NCBI GenBank assembly: GCA_051252375.1
Contig: JBPOFY010000003.1
Location: 32,001-96,000 of the forward strand
Length of the DNA stretch: 64,000 nt
DNA from: Opitutaceae bacterium
GTDB lineage: Bacteria > Verrucomicrobiota > Verrucomicrobiia > Opitutales > Coraliomargaritaceae
Direction: 5' to 3'
Shown here: positions 61,598 through 64,000 of the stretch, one piece after another
Numbering within the stretch: position 1 is the stretch's first letter
Layout: every line of letters starts with the position of its first letter
Translations under genes and position numbers: made by a program
The notes under the pieces: generated by a model
Database searches by the model: none
Told to the model about the DNA's origin: nothing
The model's input: only the letters and a program-made list of their open reading frames with translations

Positions 61598-64000
61598 TTA
61601 CTCTTCAGTTGCTTCCGTTACGTCGATGACTTCGTCGTTCCCTTCGGTGTTCTCTTCATCTCCTTCGCCGGCTTCGTCTTCTTCGCTGGCGATGACTTTA
61701 CTGATTCCGATGAGGCTGTCTTTTGCAGCTAGGTTGACGAGCTTCACGCCGCTAGCAGCGCGACCCGTGATGCGAACTGTGTCGATCGGGCTGCGGACCG
61801 CTTGGCCTTTTTGAGTGAACATCATGATCTCGTCTTCGTCGGTGACGCTGAGTGCGCCAGCAACCTTGTCTGACTTGATTGCGATGATACCAGAACCGCC
61901 ACGTGATTGGACGCGGTAGTCGCTGAACTCAGTGCGTTTACCGAGGCCGTTGGCACCAGCGATGAGTAGCTTCTCGTCGTCGTTGACGATTTCGATCGCA
62001 ACCACCTTATCCTTCTCAGTCTTCAGCTTGATGCCGCGGACACCACGTGTGGCACGACCCTGATCACGAAGATCGGTTTCAGGGAAGCGGATGGATTGAG
62101 CGTTGCTGGTAACGAGGAGGACGTCGTCGCTGCCATTAGTGAGGCGTGCGCCGATGAGGTTGTCACCTTCGTCGATGTTGATGCCGATCAGGCCGCCTTT
62201 ACGGTGGTTACGATAGTCGGAGAGCAGTGTCTTTTTGGTGACACCTTTCTCTGTTGCAAGAACGATGCGGTTTTCAGATTCGTCGAAGTCCTTCACGCAG
62301 ATCATCGCAGCAATCTTCTCACCCTTTTGGAGTTCGATGATGTTGGCGATGGCGCGTCCCTTAGCGGTTCGGCTACCTTCTGGAATGTGGTAAACCTTTT
62401 CAACATACACACGGCCATTGTTCATGAAGAACATGATGTAGTCATGTGTAGAGGCAGTGAAGAGGTGCTCGACGAAGTCGTCTTCGTATTGACCGGAACC
62501 AATGACGCCTTTGCCGCCGCGTTTCTGTGAACGATACTCGTCCAGTGAAGTGCGCTTCATGAAGCCCTTGTGGGAAATAGTGATCATGCAGCCTTCATTT
62601 GGAATGATGTCTTCCATGCTGAGGTCGCCGTCGACATCGAGGATCTTCGAGCGACGTGGGTTGCCGTATTTGGCGCGCATTTCGCCAAGCTCTTCCTTAA
62701 TCACTTCAAGCAAACGATGCTCGTTGTTGATGATGTGCAGGAGCTCTTCGATCAGTGCCATGAGGGCGAGATACTCTTCTTCGATCTTGCCGCGTTCGAG
62801 ACCAGTGAGCTGGTAGAGGCGGAGTTCTAAGATGGCGTTGGTTTGTATCTCGCTGAGCGGATACTTCGCCATGAGGTTAATCTTGGCTTCTTCGCGGTTC
62901 TTGGATGCGCGGATAATTTTGACGAAGTCGTCGAGGTTATCTAGTGCGATCTTAAAGCCTTCGAGGATGTGTGCGCGGGCTTGAGCTTTACGCAGTTGGA
63001 ACTGTGTTCGGCGGAAGATGACTTCACGACGGTGATCCACGTAGCAGTTGATCATCTCCTTGATGTTCATTTGCTTCGGACGTCGGTTGTCGAGTGCGAG
63101 TAGGATCACACCAAAGGAACTTTCGAGTGGTGTGCTCTTGTAAAGCTGATTGATGATGACTCGAGGGATCGCGCCGCGCTTGAGCTCAATTACGATACGA
63201 GTCGTTTCAGTGGACTCATCGCGTAGATCGGAAATACCGTCGATTGCCTTAGTTGTGATGAGCTCTGCAATACGCATCACAAGAGACGCACGGTTCACAT
63301 TGTAAGGAATTGCGGAGATGATGATCTCTTCCTTACCCTTAGACTCGACCACTTCAGCGATACCACGTGTGCGAACGATGCCGCGTCCTGTGCGTAAGTA
63401 ACTTTGGATGCCGGCAGTGCCGTGCACGAAACCACCACCTGGGAAGTCGGGACCAGGAATGATCTTAATTAGATCATCCATGTCGATATTTGGATTGTCG
63501 ATGATCGCGCAAGTCGCATCGATGATCTCACTAAGATTGTGAGGCGGGATGTTGGTGGTCATTCCGACGGCAATACCGGTGGAACCATTCATCAACAAAT
63601 TCGGCATAGCGGCCGGCAGGACAGATGGCTCAGTCGTGCTTTCTTTATAGTTGGGCACGAAATCGACAGTGTCTTCGTCGATATTCTTGAGCATCTCTTC
63701 AGCGATCGATTCGAGTTTACACTCAGTATAACGATACGCAGCAGGTGGATCGCCGTCGATCGAACCGAAGTTACCTTGTGGCATGATCAGCGGGTAGCGC
63801 ATGACCCAGTGCTGAGCGAGGCGAACGAGGGTGTCGTAAACGGAGGAGTCACCGTGTGGGTGATAGTTCTTCAGGACTTCCCCGACCACACCGGCACACT
63901 TGTCAAAGTTGCGGTTGTGGAGCAGACCTTCACGCAGCATAGCGTAGAGGATACGGCGCTGGACGGGTTTAAAGCCGTCACGGGCATCGGGTAGGGCGCG
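61598..64000 (-). CDS. gyrA: DNA gyrase subunit A (5' end outside the window)
   Basis: RALPDARDGFKPVQRR, YHPHGDS, AAYRYTE and GyrA-box QKRGGKG. Confidence 0.95.
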   Translation of the reverse strand, partial: RALPDARDGFKPVQRRILYAMLREGLLHNRNFDKCAGVVGEVLKNYHPHGDSSVYDTLVRLAQHWVMRYPLIMPQGNFGSIDGDPPAAYRYTECKLESIAEEMLKNIDEDTVDFVPNYKESTTEPSVLPAAMPNLLMNGSTGIAVGMTTNIPPHNLSEIIDATCAIIDNPNIDMDDLIKIIPGPDFPGGGFVHGTAGIQSYLRTGRGIVRTRGIAEVVESKGKEEIIISAIPYNVNRASLVMRIAELITTKAIDGISDLRDESTETTRIVIELKRGAIPRVIINQLYKSTPLESSFGVILLALDNRRPKQMNIKEMINCYVDHRREVIFRRTQFQLRKAQARAHILEGFKIALDNLDDFVKIIRASKNREEAKINLMAKYPLSEIQTNAILELRLYQLTGLERGKIEEEYLALMALIEELLHIINNEHRLLEVIKEELGEMRAKYGNPRRSKILDVDGDLSMEDIIPNEGCMITISHKGFMKRTSLDEYRSQKRGGKGVIGSGQYEDDFVEHLFTASTHDYIMFFMNNGRVYVEKVYHIPEGSRTAKGRAIANIIELQKGEKIAAMICVKDFDESENRIVLATEKGVTKKTLLSDYRNHRKGGLIGINIDEGDNLIGARLTNGSDDVLLVTSNAQSIRFPETDLRDQGRATRGVRGIKLKTEKDKVVAIEIVNDDEKLLIAGANGLGKRTEFSDYRVQSRGGSGIIAIKSDKVAGALSVTDEDEIMMFTQKGQAVRSPIDTVRITGRAASGVKLVNLAAKDSLIGISKVIASEEDEAGEGDEENTEGNDEVIDVTEATEE

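Noticed and set aside
63940..64000. gyrA start at 63940
   Set aside because: The conserved RALPDARDG segment continues in frame to the window edge, so the true start is outside.

Overview
Mostly core chromosome of a bacterium whose gene content (long GreA, EIIA-DAC fusion, FucP + GH29) suggests Verrucomicrobiota/Opitutales; the taxonomy is inference. The first ~2.1 kb is an unannotated minus-strand integron gene-cassette array with four attC sites and a probable attI, but no adjacent intI. Its cassettes are an orphan ORF, a BrnT/BrnA-type TA pair, a secreted HExxH metallopeptidase with no stop codon of its own, a gene-less hairpin cassette with non-canonical GAT/ATC recombination cores, and the start of a ParD-like TA cassette. 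Next comes a divergent methylmalonyl-CoA mutase / epimerase / Na+-translocating decarboxylase / CoA-transferase / MeaB cluster, whose membrane beta subunit carries an inserted biotinyl-like domain. The rest includes rsmB, greA, tRNA-Ser(CGA) flanked by interrupted partial copies, fucP-GH29, argCJBDF, rplM-rpsI, rpoZ-smpB-thrB, dnaG-rpoD (histone H1-like N-terminus), nuoA, EIIA-diadenylate cyclase, trpA, parE, accA, topB and gyrA (truncated by the window end). Intergenic DNA holds GTAG-type REP doublets, a short hairpin-array insertion family and 6-8 bp tandem repeats.
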